64,000 nt of DNA from Sphingomonadales bacterium. GTDB taxonomy: Bacteria > Pseudomonadota > Alphaproteobacteria > Sphingomonadales > Sphingomonadaceae. Below, in pieces: positions 1 to 9,742 of this stretch. The notes under the pieces are model-generated. The model saw nothing but the letters and a program-made list of their open reading frames with translations, was not told where the DNA came from and searched no databases. The position numbers were made by a program, and so were the translations under genes. The stretch spans positions 62,019 to 126,018 of the forward strand of contig JAXDOX010000036.1 of NCBI GenBank assembly GCA_034668625.1. The letters run 5' to 3'. Positions within the stretch are counted from its first letter, which is position 1, and each line of letters starts with the position of its first letter.

Positions 1-705
1 GGCGAACGCGAATGCCTCCACCTCGTGCCTGAGGTCGTTGCCGGGTCCGGAGCTATTGCCGATGAGGCTGCGATCGCGCTGGAGGCTGCCGGACGTGAAG
101 AGGCTTGTCCCGGCGGCGGAGCCAGCCCATTCGAAGGCGGGTTCTCGCGCGCCGTCGGTCACGGCGAAGAATTCCGCCTGGCCGCCGTGCTGGTACAGCC
201 CGTTCTTCGTCGTGACGCTGATCACACCGCCGGGGGCGAAGCCGAATTGCGCCGGCAACGTCCCGGTGATCAGGCGGGTGGTCTGAGCCAGCCGCGAGCT
301 CAAATGGTCGGCCGGATCGGAGAGGGCAACGGGAAGGATGACGTCGTTGATCCGTACCTGCAGGGCACGCGATCCGCGAAGCGTGAGGCCGCCGGGCGAC
401 AGACTGCCGCCGGGCGCCTGCAAGAGCGTGGCCGCGACGCTCCCGGTCTCGCCTCCGGGTCTGTCCTCGATCGTCTCGTTGTCGAGTTCGTAGACGGTCG
501 CTCCGAGCGCGGCATCGATCTGCGTCCTCGCCGCATCCAGGCGGCGCGCGGTGACGATGAGCGGCGTCTCTGGTCGCCCCTCATCCTCCTCGTCACCGTC
601 CGCATCGTCTTTCTTGGGCTGCTCGGGGACCGCGTCGGCCCGCCTGGCCTTTGCCTCGTCGGAGTCGGCCTGCGCGTAGACGAAGGCGGCCGGAAGCGGC
701 ATCAT
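1..705 (-). CDS. TonB-dependent receptor, N-terminal part (gene runs off the left edge)
   Basis: Hand translation of the minus strand from ATG at 705-703 (GGAG about 11 nt upstream) gives MMPLPAAFVYAQA...PLIVTARRLDAART...TLPAQFGFAPGGVISVTTKNG. This is a plug-domain pattern. The frame stays open to position 1. It is absent from the ORF track because no stop lies in the window. Confidence 0.6.
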   Translation of the reverse strand, partial: MMPLPAAFVYAQADSDEAKARRADAVPEQPKKDDADGDEEDEGRPETPLIVTARRLDAARTQIDAALGATVYELDNETIEDRPGGETGSVAATLLQAPGGSLSPGGLTLRGSRALQVRINDVILPVALSDPADHLSSRLAQTTRLITGTLPAQFGFAPGGVISVTTKNGLYQHGGQAEFFAVTDGAREPAFEWAGSAAGTSLFTSGSLQRDRSLIGNSSGPGNDLRHEVEAFAFA

Positions 706-740
706 CAATGTCGTCACTCCGGGAGGCTAACTCTGGGGAC

Positions 741-760
741 CGCCGCCGTCTCCGGCGGCG
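741..760 (-). terminator. GC-rich hairpin just downstream of grxD
   Basis: cgccgccg-tctc-cggcggcg, a perfect 8-bp stem, lies 3 nt after the grxD stop. There is no clear T-tract. Confidence 0.35.
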
Positions 761-762
761 CG

Positions 763-1086
763 TCACGCAATGACCTGCTTGTCCTTGAACAGCTTCTCGA
801 GCTCGCCGGCTTCGTACATCTCCATCATGATGTCGGAGCCGCCGACGAACTCGCCCTTGACGTAGAGCTGGGGGATGGTCGGCCAGTCGGAATAGGCCTT
901 GATGCCCTGGCGGATCTCCGGGTCCTGGAGGACGTCCACGGTCTCGAAGCCCACCCCCAGGTGGTCGAGGATGGCGACGGCGCGGCTCGAGAAGCCGCAT
1001 TGCGGGAAGAGGACGGTGCCCTTCATGAACAGGACGACGTCGTTCGAGCCGACAATCTCGTCGATGCGGGCGTTGGGGTCGGTCAT
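763..1086 (-). CDS. grxD: Grx4-family monothiol glutaredoxin
   Basis: Internal ATG of ORF 763..1233. [12 protein letters not shown]...LFMKGT..FPQCGFS...[16 protein letters not shown] carries the CGFS active site. Confidence 0.9.
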   Translation of the reverse strand: MTDPNARIDEIVGSNDVVLFMKGTVLFPQCGFSSRAVAILDHLGVGFETVDVLQDPEIRQGIKAYSDWPTIPQLYVKGEFVGGSDIMMEMYEAGELEKLFKDKQVIA

Positions 1087-1096
1087 TTCAAAACTC

Positions 1097-1330
1097 CTAA
1101 TCGGGGACGGAGGTCTTGAGCTGGAGGGCGTGGAGCTCGCCGCCCATGCGGCCGCCAAGCGCCCGGTAGACAAGCTGGTGCTGGGCGCGCAGCGGCAGGC
1201 CGCGGAAACTTTCGGCGACGACGCGGGCGGCATAATGGTCGCCGTCGCCGGCGAGATCGGTGATCTCCACCCGGGCGTCCGGAATGCCGCCGCGGATCAG
1301 GGCTTCGATCTCGGCCGCCGCCATCGCCAC
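1097..1330 (-). CDS. BolA family protein
   Basis: 77-aa ORF immediately upstream of grxD. It has the BolA-like pattern (..[18 protein letters not shown]...[10 protein letters not shown]) and the conserved bolA-grxD pairing. Confidence 0.8.
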   Translation of the reverse strand: MAMAAAEIEALIRGGIPDARVEITDLAGDGDHYAARVVAESFRGLPLRAQHQLVYRALGGRMGGELHALQLKTSVPD

Positions 1331-1334
1331 CGGC

Positions 1335-1661
1335 TCAGCTCCCCGCCTGCATCAGCTGGCGGCGGGCCTCGACCGTCTTGTGCTCGAGCGCCTCGCGGAT
1401 TCGCGCCTCGTCGCACTCGACCCCGGCCGAAATGAGATCGCCCAATATCTTGCGGATGACGTCCTCGTCGCCCGCTTCCTCGAAATCGGCGCGGATGACG
1501 TCCTTGGCATAGACTTCCGCCTCGGTCTCCGAGAGGCCCATCAGCCGCGCCGCCCAGCCGCCGAGCAGCCGGTTGCGCCGTGCGTGGATGCGGAACTGCA
1601 TCTCCTCGTCGCGGGCATATTTGGTCTCGAAGGCCCTCTCGCGGTCGTCGAACGTGGTCAT
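1335..1661 (-). CDS. DUF1476-family protein (ATPase inhibitor zeta-subunit-like)
   Basis: 108 aa. MTTFDDRERAFETKYARDEEMQFRIHARRNRLLGGWAA... is typical of this alphaproteobacterial family. Confidence 0.75.
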   Translation of the reverse strand: MTTFDDRERAFETKYARDEEMQFRIHARRNRLLGGWAARLMGLSETEAEVYAKDVIRADFEEAGDEDVIRKILGDLISAGVECDEARIREALEHKTVEARRQLMQAGS

Positions 1662-1740
1662 GCCGGCTCCCTTTGCTCTGCGGGAGTCAGATAGGCGGGG
1701 GCGGGGGGCGGCGCAATGTTTCGCTCCTCCCCGGGAGGAG

Positions 1741-2736
1741 CTACATCGTCACCACCAGCTTGCCCACCGCCTTGCGCGCGGCCATCCAGGCGATCGCCTC
1801 GCCGGCCTGGTCCAGCGGCCAGGTCCTGCTGACCTTGGGAGCGATCTTGCCTTCGCGCCAGAGGCGGAACAGGGTTTCGATATGGGCGGCGTTCGCCTTC
1901 GGGTCGCGCGCCGCGAAGGCGCCCCAGAAGACTCCGCAGACGTCGCAGCTCTTGAGCAGGGTGAGGTTGAGCGGCAGCTTCGGGATGCCGGCCGGGAAGC
2001 CGACGACCAGATAGCGCCCCTGCCAGGCAATGGCGCGGAGCGCCGGCTCGGCATAGTCGCCGCCGACCGGATCGTAGACCAGGTCCGCGCCGGAAGGACC
2101 GACCGCATCCTTGAAGAGCTGGCCGAGCGCCTTCGACCCCTCCTTGTCGAAGGGCCCTTGCGGATAGACCAGGACCGCGTCCGCCCCGGCCGCCCGGGCG
2201 ACATCGGCTTTCCCCTCCGATGAAACCGCCGCCACCACACGCGCGCCATAGGCCTTGCCGAGCTCCACCGCGGCAAGGCCGACGCCGCCGGCCGCGCCGA
2301 GCACGAGCAGGGTTTCCCCCGCCTTCAGCCGCCCGCGGTCGAGCAGAGCGTGGATCGACGTGGCGTAGGTGAGGATCAGTGCCGAGCCTTCCTCGAAGCT
2401 GCGCTCCTCGGGCAGAAGCAGCGCCGTCGCGGCATTCACCACCACCTTCTCAGCGAGCCCGCCATGGCCGAGCATGGCGATCAGCCGGTCGCCGGCCGCC
2501 CAGCCCGAAACGCCCTTCCCCACCGCTTCGACGATCCCGGCGATCTCTCCGCCCGGCGCGAACGGCCGCGGCGGCTTGAACTGGTATTTGTCCTCGATGA
2601 TCAGCACGTCCGGATAGTTGATCGCGCAGGCCTTGACGCGGACGAGCAGCTGCTCCGGCCCGGCCGCCGGATCGGGCAGTTCGGTGAGGACGAGCGTCTC
2701 CGGCCCGCCGGGCGCTTCGGAGAGGAGGGCGCGCAT
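1741..2736 (-). CDS. NADPH:quinone oxidoreductase family (medium-chain dehydrogenase/reductase)
   Basis: Start taken at the internal [15 protein letters not shown].... It contains GGEIAGIVEAVG and the nucleotide-binding LVLGAAGGVGLAAVE motif. Its ATG overlaps the scoB stop (TGATG). Confidence 0.85.
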   Translation of the reverse strand: MRALLSEAPGGPETLVLTELPDPAAGPEQLLVRVKACAINYPDVLIIEDKYQFKPPRPFAPGGEIAGIVEAVGKGVSGWAAGDRLIAMLGHGGLAEKVVVNAATALLLPEERSFEEGSALILTYATSIHALLDRGRLKAGETLLVLGAAGGVGLAAVELGKAYGARVVAAVSSEGKADVARAAGADAVLVYPQGPFDKEGSKALGQLFKDAVGPSGADLVYDPVGGDYAEPALRAIAWQGRYLVVGFPAGIPKLPLNLTLLKSCDVCGVFWGAFAARDPKANAAHIETLFRLWREGKIAPKVSRTWPLDQAGEAIAWMAARKAVGKLVVTM

Positions 2737-3371
2737 CAGCCCTCGTACTGCGCCGTGGTTTTGGCTTTCACCTCGTCCGCGCTCACCCCCGGCGCCAGCT
2801 CGATCAGGCGGAACGCGCTCTGATGGTCGGGCCGCTGGAAGACGGCGAGGTCGGTGACGATCATGTCGACGACGTTCCTGCCGGTGAGCGGCAGGGTGCA
2901 TTCCGGGATGAACTTGGGATCGCCGTTTTTCGAAACATGCTCCATGGCGACGATGATCTTCTTGACGCCGGCGACGAGGTCCATCGCGCCGCCCATGCCC
3001 TTCACCATCTTGCCCGGGATCATCCAGTTGGCGATGTCGCCTTTTTCCGACACCTCCATCGCGCCGAGCACGGTCAGGTCGATGTGGCCGCCGCGGATCA
3101 TCGCGAAGCTCTGCTCGGAGCCGAAATAGCTCGACGAAGGAAGCTCCGAGATGGTCTGCTTACCGGCATTGATCAGGTCCGGATCGACCTCGTCGTCATA
3201 GGGGAAGGGGCCGATGCCGAGCATGCCGTTCTCGCTCTGCAGCGTCACCTCCATCCCCTGCGGGATGTTGTTGGCGACCAAAGTCGGGATGCCGATGCCG
3301 AGATTGACGTAATAACCGTCGCGCAGCTCCCTGGCGGCGCGGGCGGCCATTTCGTCCCGGGTCCAGGCCAT
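2736..3371 (-). CDS. scoB: 3-oxoacid CoA-transferase subunit B
   Basis: 211 aa with [10 protein letters not shown]...QSENG.LG and ...GMGGAMDLV motifs. Overlaps scoA by 1 nt. Confidence 0.9.
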   Translation of the reverse strand: MAWTRDEMAARAARELRDGYYVNLGIGIPTLVANNIPQGMEVTLQSENGMLGIGPFPYDDEVDPDLINAGKQTISELPSSSYFGSEQSFAMIRGGHIDLTVLGAMEVSEKGDIANWMIPGKMVKGMGGAMDLVAGVKKIIVAMEHVSKNGDPKFIPECTLPLTGRNVVDMIVTDLAVFQRPDHQSAFRLIELAPGVSADEVKAKTTAQYEG

Positions 3372-4078
3372 TATGCCGCCTCCCGCTGGCGAACGGTGCG
3401 GAACTCGATCTTCTTGTCGTAGGGGGCGCCGACGATCATCCGCTTCACGTAGATCGAGGGGAGGTGGACGCAGTCGGAGTTCAGCGAGCCGACCGGAACG
3501 ATCTCCTCGACCTCGGCGACGCAGACCCGGCCTGCGGTCGCCATCGGTTGGTTGAAGTTCCGCGCCGTCTTGCGGAACACCAAATTCCCCGCCTCGTCGG
3601 CCTTCCAGCCCTTGATGACGGAGAGGTCCGCGCGGATGCCGCGCTCGAGCACATAGTCCTCGCCGTCGAAGACTTTGGTCTCCTTGCCCTCGGCGACGAT
3701 CGTGCCGACCCCGGTCTTCGTATAGAAGCCTGGAATGCCGGCGCCGCCGGCGCGGCAGCGTTCGGCGAGCGTCCCCTGCGGGCAGAATTCGACCTCGAGC
3801 TCGCCGGCCAGATATTGCCGCTCGAACTCCTTGTTCTCGCCGACATAGGACGAGATCATCTTCCTGATCTGGCGGGTGCGAAGCAGCTTGCCGAGCCCCT
3901 CATTGTCGATGCCGGCATTGTTGGAGACGATGGTCAGGTCCTTGACCCCGCTGTCGCGGATCGCGTCGATCAGCCGCTCGGGGATGCCGCAGAGGCCGAA
4001 GCCGCCGGCGCAGATCGTCATGCCGTCGCTGAGCAGCCCCTCGAGCGCAGTAGCGGCATCGGGATAGATTTTGCGCAT
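3371..4078 (-). CDS. scoA: 3-oxoacid CoA-transferase subunit A
   Basis: 235 aa with [16 protein letters not shown]...SNNAG and ...[20 protein letters not shown] motifs. Confidence 0.9.
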   Translation of the reverse strand: MRKIYPDAATALEGLLSDGMTICAGGFGLCGIPERLIDAIRDSGVKDLTIVSNNAGIDNEGLGKLLRTRQIRKMISSYVGENKEFERQYLAGELEVEFCPQGTLAERCRAGGAGIPGFYTKTGVGTIVAEGKETKVFDGEDYVLERGIRADLSVIKGWKADEAGNLVFRKTARNFNQPMATAGRVCVAEVEEIVPVGSLNSDCVHLPSIYVKRMIVGAPYDKKIEFRTVRQREAA

Positions 4079-4176
4079 TCGCCGCTCCTCAAGCCGTGCC
4101 GCGCCGATAGAGGCGACGGCCGAGTCCGGTCAACTTGAATTGCGGTTCAGGTTTCCTCCCGACCGGAGAGGAGCGC

Positions 4177-4476
4177 TTACCCCCTCAGCTTGGCGAGGAC
4201 GCCCTGGAGCTGCATGGCGTTGGACATGTCGCCCTCGATCTTGAGCTTGCCCTGCATGAAGGCGGTCATTCCGTCCAGCTTGCCGTCGCGCATGTCCTCC
4301 CAGTCGCTCCACGCGACCTTGATGGTCGTGTCGGCGGGCCCGTCTTCCTCGGTGGCGCGGCCGGCGACTCCGTCGAGCAGGACCACGCCCCCGTCGCCGA
4401 AGTCGAGCTTCACGCGCTTGCCGGGCAGCCAGGCCTGCTTGTCGTTCATTGCTGCGGCCATTTCGCTCTTGGTCAT
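4177..4476 (-). CDS. SCP2 sterol-binding domain protein
   Basis: 99 aa. The C-terminal ...GKLDGMTAFMQGKLKIEGDMSNAMQL pattern is typical of SCP2. Confidence 0.7.
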   Translation of the reverse strand: MTKSEMAAAMNDKQAWLPGKRVKLDFGDGGVVLLDGVAGRATEEDGPADTTIKVAWSDWEDMRDGKLDGMTAFMQGKLKIEGDMSNAMQLQGVLAKLRG

Positions 4477-4577
4477 TCGGGTCCTCCGATGTGGGTGCGC
4501 CCGCTCTAGTTTACGTAAACGTCATGCTCAAGCCCCTGCCCTCGACGCCATGGCGCGCGAGCATTAGGGGCGGGGCG

Positions 4578-6785
4578 ATGGATGCCGCCGAAGCCGTTCA
4601 CCAGAAATTCGTCGCGAAAGTGCGGGCGGCGAAGCTGCCGCGCCGAACCTCCACCCTTCGGCCGGCGGAGGTGGGCCTTGCTTCCGAGACCCTGGTCGAA
4701 ACGTTCTACAGCCAGTGCGCCAGCCGCCAGCTCGATCGCCTCTCGCGCCGCCTCCAGGCCCGCGGCGAAGGCTTCTACACGATCGGCAGCTCCGGCCACG
4801 AGAACAATGCCGCGGTCGCCGAGGCCTTCCGGCTCACCGACATGGCCTTCCTCCACTATCGCTCCGCCGCCTTCCAGATCCATCGCGCGGCGAAGCTGCC
4901 GGGGCAGTCGCCGTGCTGGGACATGCTGCTGAGCTTCGCCGCCTCGGCGGAGGACCCGATCTCGGGCGGCCGCCACAAGGTCCTGGGCTCGAAGCCCCTG
5001 TTCATCCCGCCGCAGACCAGCACCATCGCCTCGCACCTCCCCAAGGCGGTCGGCGCCGCCTTCAGTCTCGGAATCGCCCGGACGCTCAAGCTCGAGGACA
5101 CGGCGATGCCGCCCGACGCAATCATCCTCGCCAGCTTCGGCGATGCGTCGGCCAATCATTCGACCGCCCAGGGCGCGATCAACTGCGCCCAATGGGCCGC
5201 CTATCAGGGCAGCCCGATGCCGATCGTCTTCCTCTGCGAGGATAACGGCATCGGCATCTCCACCCGCACCCCGTCCGGATGGATCGAAGCGGCGTTCAGC
5301 GGCCGGCCCGCGCTCGAATATGTGCGCTGCAGCGGCTTCGACATGGTCGACGCCTATCGCGGCGCGCTCGAAGCCGCCCGCCACGCCCGCACCCGCCGCC
5401 GCCCCGTCTTCCTCCACATGGACTGCGTGCGGCTCTACGGCCATGCTGGCTCGGACGTGCAGACCGCTTACATGGACAAGGCGCGGATCGAGGACGACGA
5501 GGAACGCGACCCGCTACTCCACAGCGCCGCCCTGCTGGTCGAGGAGGGAATCCTCAGCGAAAGCCAGATCCTCGACATCTACGACGAGACCGAAGCCCGG
5601 CTCGACCGAATCGCCGCCGAGGCGATCGCTCGCCCCAAGCTGTCCACCTCCACCGAGGTGATGGCGAGCATCGTTCCGCCGAAGGCGCCCCGCGCGACCG
5701 CCAACACGCCCGATCCGGAGCAGCGCTCGGCCCTCTTCGCCCGCGACTCCGCGATGATGGAGAAGCCCCAGCATATGGCGCGCCTCTTGAGCTGGGCGCT
5801 CGCCGACATCCTGCTCGCTCACCCCGAAGTCTTCGTCGCCGGCGAGGACGTCGGCCGGAAAGGCGGCGTCTACAACGTCACCGCCAAGCTTCATGAGCGC
5901 TTCGGCCCGGTCCGGGTCATTGACACTCTGCTCGACGAGCAGAGCATCCTCGGCCTCGGTATCGGCGCGGCGCACAACAATTTGCTCGCCATCACCGAGA
6001 TCCAGTTCCTCGCCTACGTCCACAATGCCGAGGACCAGCTTCGCGGCGAGGCGGCGACGTTGAGCTTCTTCTCCTGCGGCCAATATACCAATCCGATGGT
6101 CGTGCGCATCGCCGGCCTCGGCTATCAGAAGGGCTTCGGCGGCCATTTCCACAACGACAACAGCCTGGCCGTCTTCCGCGACATTCCCGGCCTGATCCTC
6201 GCCTGCCCGAGCAACGGCGCGGACGCGGTGGAGATGCTGCGCGAATGCGTCCGACTCGCGCTCGAGGAGCGCCGCGTCGTCGTCTTCGTCGAGCCGATCG
6301 CCCTCTACATGACCCGCGACCTCCACGAGGAAGGCGACGGCCTGTGGACCGCCCCTTACGCCGCGCCGGGCGAGGCCAAGCCGATCCCGCTCGGAACGCC
6401 TGGCGTCCACGGCGACGGCACCGACCTCGCCATAGTCAGCTACGCCAATGGCTATTACCTCTCCCGCCAGGCGGAGAAGATCCTGCGCGAGCGGCACGGG
6501 CTCGGAGTCCGGGTCGTCGACCTGCGCTGGCTCGCGCCGCTCAACGCGGACGCCCTGCTCGACGCGGTCGCCGGCTGCGGCCATGTCCTGATCGTCGACG
6601 AATGCCGGCGCACGGGCTCGCAGAGCGAGGCGTTGATGGCTTTGTTCGCCGAACGCGACCCCGGCACGCCGGTGCGGCGCCTCACCGCCGAGGACAGCTT
6701 CATCCCGCTCGGCCGCGCCGCGACAATCACCCTGCCGAGCCGCGACTCGATCGTCGAGGCGGCGCTGGAGACGGTGCGTGGCTGA
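4578..6785 (+). CDS. TPP-dependent 2-oxoacid dehydrogenase E1 component, fused alpha+beta
   Basis: The N-terminal half resembles E1-alpha (..GSSGHENNAAV.., FGDASANHSTAQGA). The C-terminal half resembles transketolase-like E1-beta (..VFVAGEDVGRKGGVYNVT..RVIDT.L.E). The start is ambiguous between ATG 4524 and ATG 4578. Confidence 0.8.
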   Translation: MDAAEAVHQKFVAKVRAAKLPRRTSTLRPAEVGLASETLVETFYSQCASRQLDRLSRRLQARGEGFYTIGSSGHENNAAVAEAFRLTDMAFLHYRSAAFQIHRAAKLPGQSPCWDMLLSFAASAEDPISGGRHKVLGSKPLFIPPQTSTIASHLPKAVGAAFSLGIARTLKLEDTAMPPDAIILASFGDASANHSTAQGAINCAQWAAYQGSPMPIVFLCEDNGIGISTRTPSGWIEAAFSGRPALEYVRCSGFDMVDAYRGALEAARHARTRRRPVFLHMDCVRLYGHAGSDVQTAYMDKARIEDDEERDPLLHSAALLVEEGILSESQILDIYDETEARLDRIAAEAIARPKLSTSTEVMASIVPPKAPRATANTPDPEQRSALFARDSAMMEKPQHMARLLSWALADILLAHPEVFVAGEDVGRKGGVYNVTAKLHERFGPVRVIDTLLDEQSILGLGIGAAHNNLLAITEIQFLAYVHNAEDQLRGEAATLSFFSCGQYTNPMVVRIAGLGYQKGFGGHFHNDNSLAVFRDIPGLILACPSNGADAVEMLRECVRLALEERRVVVFVEPIALYMTRDLHEEGDGLWTAPYAAPGEAKPIPLGTPGVHGDGTDLAIVSYANGYYLSRQAEKILRERHGLGVRVVDLRWLAPLNADALLDAVAGCGHVLIVDECRRTGSQSEALMALFAERDPGTPVRRLTAEDSFIPLGRAATITLPSRDSIVEAALETVRG

Positions 6786-7821
6786 GCGCGAAGCACTGCT
6801 GGTCGTCAGCCCCGGCCGGGGCACCTACGGCAAGGCCGAGCTCGGCTATCTGAAGCGATTCCACGCCGACAAAGCCGGCATGATCGAGGCCTTCGATGGG
6901 ATCCGGGCGGCGCGGGGCGAGCCGACGCTGTCGGAGCTCGACGGCGCCGCGAAATTCAGCCCGGCGCTGCATACGCGCGGCGACATCGCCTCGCCGCTCA
7001 TCTTCGCCTGCTCCTGGGCGGATTTCCTCAGCATCGACCGCTCGCGCTTCGCCATCGCCGCGGTCACGGGCAATTCGATGGGCTGGTACACCACCCTCGC
7101 CTGCGGCGGCGCGGTCGAGGCGGAGCGCGGCTTCGAGATCGTCGACGCAATGGGCTCGAACAGCCAGGCGGGCGAGGCCGGGGGTCAGGTCCTGCTCAGC
7201 CTGGTCGACGAGGAATGGCGCGAGGTGCCGGGCCTGCGCGACTCGGTGCTGGGCCTCGCCCGGTCGATCGGCGCCCGCCCCGGCTCGGCCCTCTATGTCT
7301 CGATCGAGCTCGGCGGAATGATCGTCTTCGCGGGCAACGAGGCGGGGCTCGCCGCCCTCCTGGCCGAGGCGCCGCCGACGCCGGGCCGGGAGCCGCTCCG
7401 ACTCGTCAACCATGGGCCTTTCCACACGCCGATGATGCGGCAATCGTCCGAGCGCTCCTTCGCCGGCCTTCCCGCCGCCTGGTTCGGATCTCCGGCCGTG
7501 CCGATGGTCGACGGAAGTGGGCGCATCTGGCGGCCTTTCGCCAGCGCGCCGGACGCCTTGTGGCGCTATACGTTCGGCACCCAGATCCTCGAGACCTACG
7601 ATTTCACCCGCGCCCTCCAGGTGGCGGTGCGCGAGTTCGCTCCGGACCGCATCGTTCTGCTCGGGCCGGGCGACACGCTGGGCGGCGCCATCGCCCAGGC
7701 GCTGATCGCGATAAGCTGGAAGGGGCTGAGCTCCAAGTCGGACTTCCAGGCGATGCAGTCCGAATCGCCCTTCCTCCTGTCGATGGGCCGCGAGGACCAA
7801 AGAACGCTAGTCACCGGCTGA
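6778..7821 (+). CDS. FabD-like acyltransferase (malonyl-CoA:ACP transacylase superfamily)
   Basis: GTG start overlapping the E1 stop by 8 nt. It has the nucleophile-elbow motif GNSMGWY (GxSxG). Confidence 0.65.
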   Translation: MAEREALLVVSPGRGTYGKAELGYLKRFHADKAGMIEAFDGIRAARGEPTLSELDGAAKFSPALHTRGDIASPLIFACSWADFLSIDRSRFAIAAVTGNSMGWYTTLACGGAVEAERGFEIVDAMGSNSQAGEAGGQVLLSLVDEEWREVPGLRDSVLGLARSIGARPGSALYVSIELGGMIVFAGNEAGLAALLAEAPPTPGREPLRLVNHGPFHTPMMRQSSERSFAGLPAAWFGSPAVPMVDGSGRIWRPFASAPDALWRYTFGTQILETYDFTRALQVAVREFAPDRIVLLGPGDTLGGAIAQALIAISWKGLSSKSDFQAMQSESPFLLSMGREDQRTLVTG

Positions 7822-8008
7822 TCCCGCGCCGCCGCCCGGCGCCTCTCCATCTTCCCTGCACCAAATCCCCACGGACGACCGAAACCCTCGCCACACGCCA
7901 GGCGCTAAACCGGCGGCGGAGATTGGCCGTTCTGAAGGGAAGCTCATCCTGCTCGGGCCTGATAAAACAGGGCGCCAGGCGTTTCTTCTGCGCCGCCAGA
8001 AGGCGCCG

Positions 8009-8389
8009 CTGAACCCGCCGTCGCCTGATCTTCGGCCGGCCAAGAACCAGCCGTTCGCCGCCCGCCTTGGCTTCGCCTGGCGCGGGATCGCGACGGTCGC
8101 GCGGCGGGAGAAGAGTTTCCGCGCCCAGGCGGCGCTCGCCGTCGTGGCGGCAGCGGGCGCGGCGGCGCTGCGCCTGTCGCTCGCCTGGTTCGCCCTTATC
8201 GTCCTCGCCTCGGCCCTCGTTCTCGCGCTCGAGGCCGTGAACGGGGCGCTCGAATATCTGATCGACCACCTCCACCCCGGTCATGCGGCGGAGATCGGCC
8301 GCGCCAAGGACGCCGCCGCCGGTGCCGTCCTCATCGCCAGCCTGGGCGCGACGACCGTCGGGGCGCTGGCGCTGATATCGGCGGTGTAG
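8009..8389 (+). CDS. dgkA: Diacylglycerol kinase (prokaryotic DgkA family); start codon unresolved
   Basis: The ORF track starts at GTG 8144. The conserved N-terminal amphipathic helix (FAARLGFAWRGIATVARREKSFRAQ) is encoded in frame upstream (8063 onward), with no ATG/GTG/TTG available there. CTG 8009 preceded by AGAAGG is the best candidate start. The C-terminal part carries LEAVNGALE...GRAKDAAAGAVL. Confidence 0.6.
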   Translation: MNPPSPDLRPAKNQPFAARLGFAWRGIATVARREKSFRAQAALAVVAAAGAAALRLSLAWFALIVLASALVLALEAVNGALEYLIDHLHPGHAAEIGRAKDAAAGAVLIASLGATTVGALALISAV

Positions 8390-8521
8390 AGCCTCTCCCC
8401 TCTCCAAGGGGAAAACCGCTCGCGCACCGACGGGACCTGGCCCACAGACCCGTTCGGGCTGGGAATGCTGTCCGTTCCCCTTTGCCCCTCCGCCGAGCCC
8501 GTCTATATCCCGGCGACCACC

Positions 8522-9742
8522 ATGCGTCTCATGACAGCCACAGACCGTTATCTCGCCCGGCTCATCTTCGTCCCCCTGGTCTCGACTTTGACCCTGGCGG
8601 CGATGCTGCTGCTGCTCGACAAGATGCTGAAGCTGTTCGACATCGTCATCACGACGGGCGGGCCGGTCGGCATCGTCTGGAAGATGCTGGCGAACCTGCT
8701 GCCCGAATATCTCGCGCTCGGAATCCCGATCGGCCTGCTGCTCGGCACCCTGCTCGCCTTCCGCAGGCTGGCCCTCTCCTCCGAGCTCGACGCGCTGCGC
8801 GCCGTGGGCCTGGGCTATACGCGGCTGCTCAAGGTCCCTTATCTCTACGCGGCGCTGCTGCTGGCGCTGAACGTGCTCATCGTCGGCTACGTCCAGCCTC
8901 ATTCCCGCTACGGCTACGAGCATCTCCGCTTCGAGCTGCGTTCGGGCGAGCTCGGCGCCTCGATCAAGGTCGGCGAGTTCACCAATCTCGGCAAGCACAT
9001 GACCCTGCGCGTCGAGCGCAGCGAGAAGGAGGGACGGCTGCTCCACGGAGTCTTCGTCCGCGCCGAGCTGAAGGGCGGCAAGACGATCGCGGTGACCGCC
9101 GACCACGGCACCTTCCTCGCCACGGAGGATCCGGACACCATTAAGCTCCGCCTTGCCAACGGCCGGCTGGTCCACAACGCGCCGGATTACAGGGCGCCGC
9201 GGGTGCTGACCTTCGACATCCAGGACCTTCCGATCAACCTGCCGGCGATCGCGCAATTCCGCGCCCGCGGCGGCAAGAGCGAGGAGCTGACCCTGCCCGA
9301 GCTGATCAAGATCGGGGAATCGAAACGGGTCGCGCGCCGGACCGCCAATGCCGCCCGCGCCAATTTCCACATGCGCCTGGTCGAGATATTGATGATGCTG
9401 CTGATGCCGCTGCTCGCCGTCGCGCTTGCCGTGCCGCCCAAGCGCAGTACGTCCGGCCTCGGCATCTTCATCGCCATCGCGATGGTGGTTTCCTATCACA
9501 AGGTGAACCAATATGCCGAGCGGATGGGCGAGCTCGGCCGGGTCCACCCGGTGATCGCTTTGTGGACTCCTTTCCTCATTTTCTCAGCGCTCATCGTCTG
9601 GATGTACTGGACGCTCGCCTACAAGCCCGGCGGCCAGCCGATCGGCGCGCTCGAACGCGGCTTCTCCAAGCTCGCCAAGCTGATCGGGCGGATCCTGCGC
9701 CTCGGCCAGCGCCGCGACCCGGTGGCGGTGCCGGCCGGATGA
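8522..9742 (+). CDS. lptF: LPS export ABC transporter permease LptF
   Basis: Internal ATG giving MRLMTATDRYLARLIFVPL.... YjgP/YjgQ-type topology. Stop overlaps the lptG start (ATGA). Confidence 0.85.
   Translation: MRLMTATDRYLARLIFVPLVSTLTLAAMLLLLDKMLKLFDIVITTGGPVGIVWKMLANLLPEYLALGIPIGLLLGTLLAFRRLALSSELDALRAVGLGYTRLLKVPYLYAALLLALNVLIVGYVQPHSRYGYEHLRFELRSGELGASIKVGEFTNLGKHMTLRVERSEKEGRLLHGVFVRAELKGGKTIAVTADHGTFLATEDPDTIKLRLANGRLVHNAPDYRAPRVLTFDIQDLPINLPAIAQFRARGGKSEELTLPELIKIGESKRVARRTANAARANFHMRLVEILMMLLMPLLAVALAVPPKRSTSGLGIFIAIAMVVSYHKVNQYAERMGELGRVHPVIALWTPFLIFSALIVWMYWTLAYKPGGQPIGALERGFSKLAKLIGRILRLGQRRDPVAVPAG

Noticed and set aside
25-1119. 364-aa plus-strand ORF at the left edge
   Set aside because: It runs antisense through grxD and through the minus-strand TonB-receptor frame. 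Its Arg/Gly/Ala-rich composition is typical of shadow ORFs in high-GC DNA.
7811-9547. 578-aa minus-strand ORF
   Set aside because: It is antisense to dgkA and lptF, which have clear family motifs. Its composition is low-complexity and Arg/Gly/Asp-rich.
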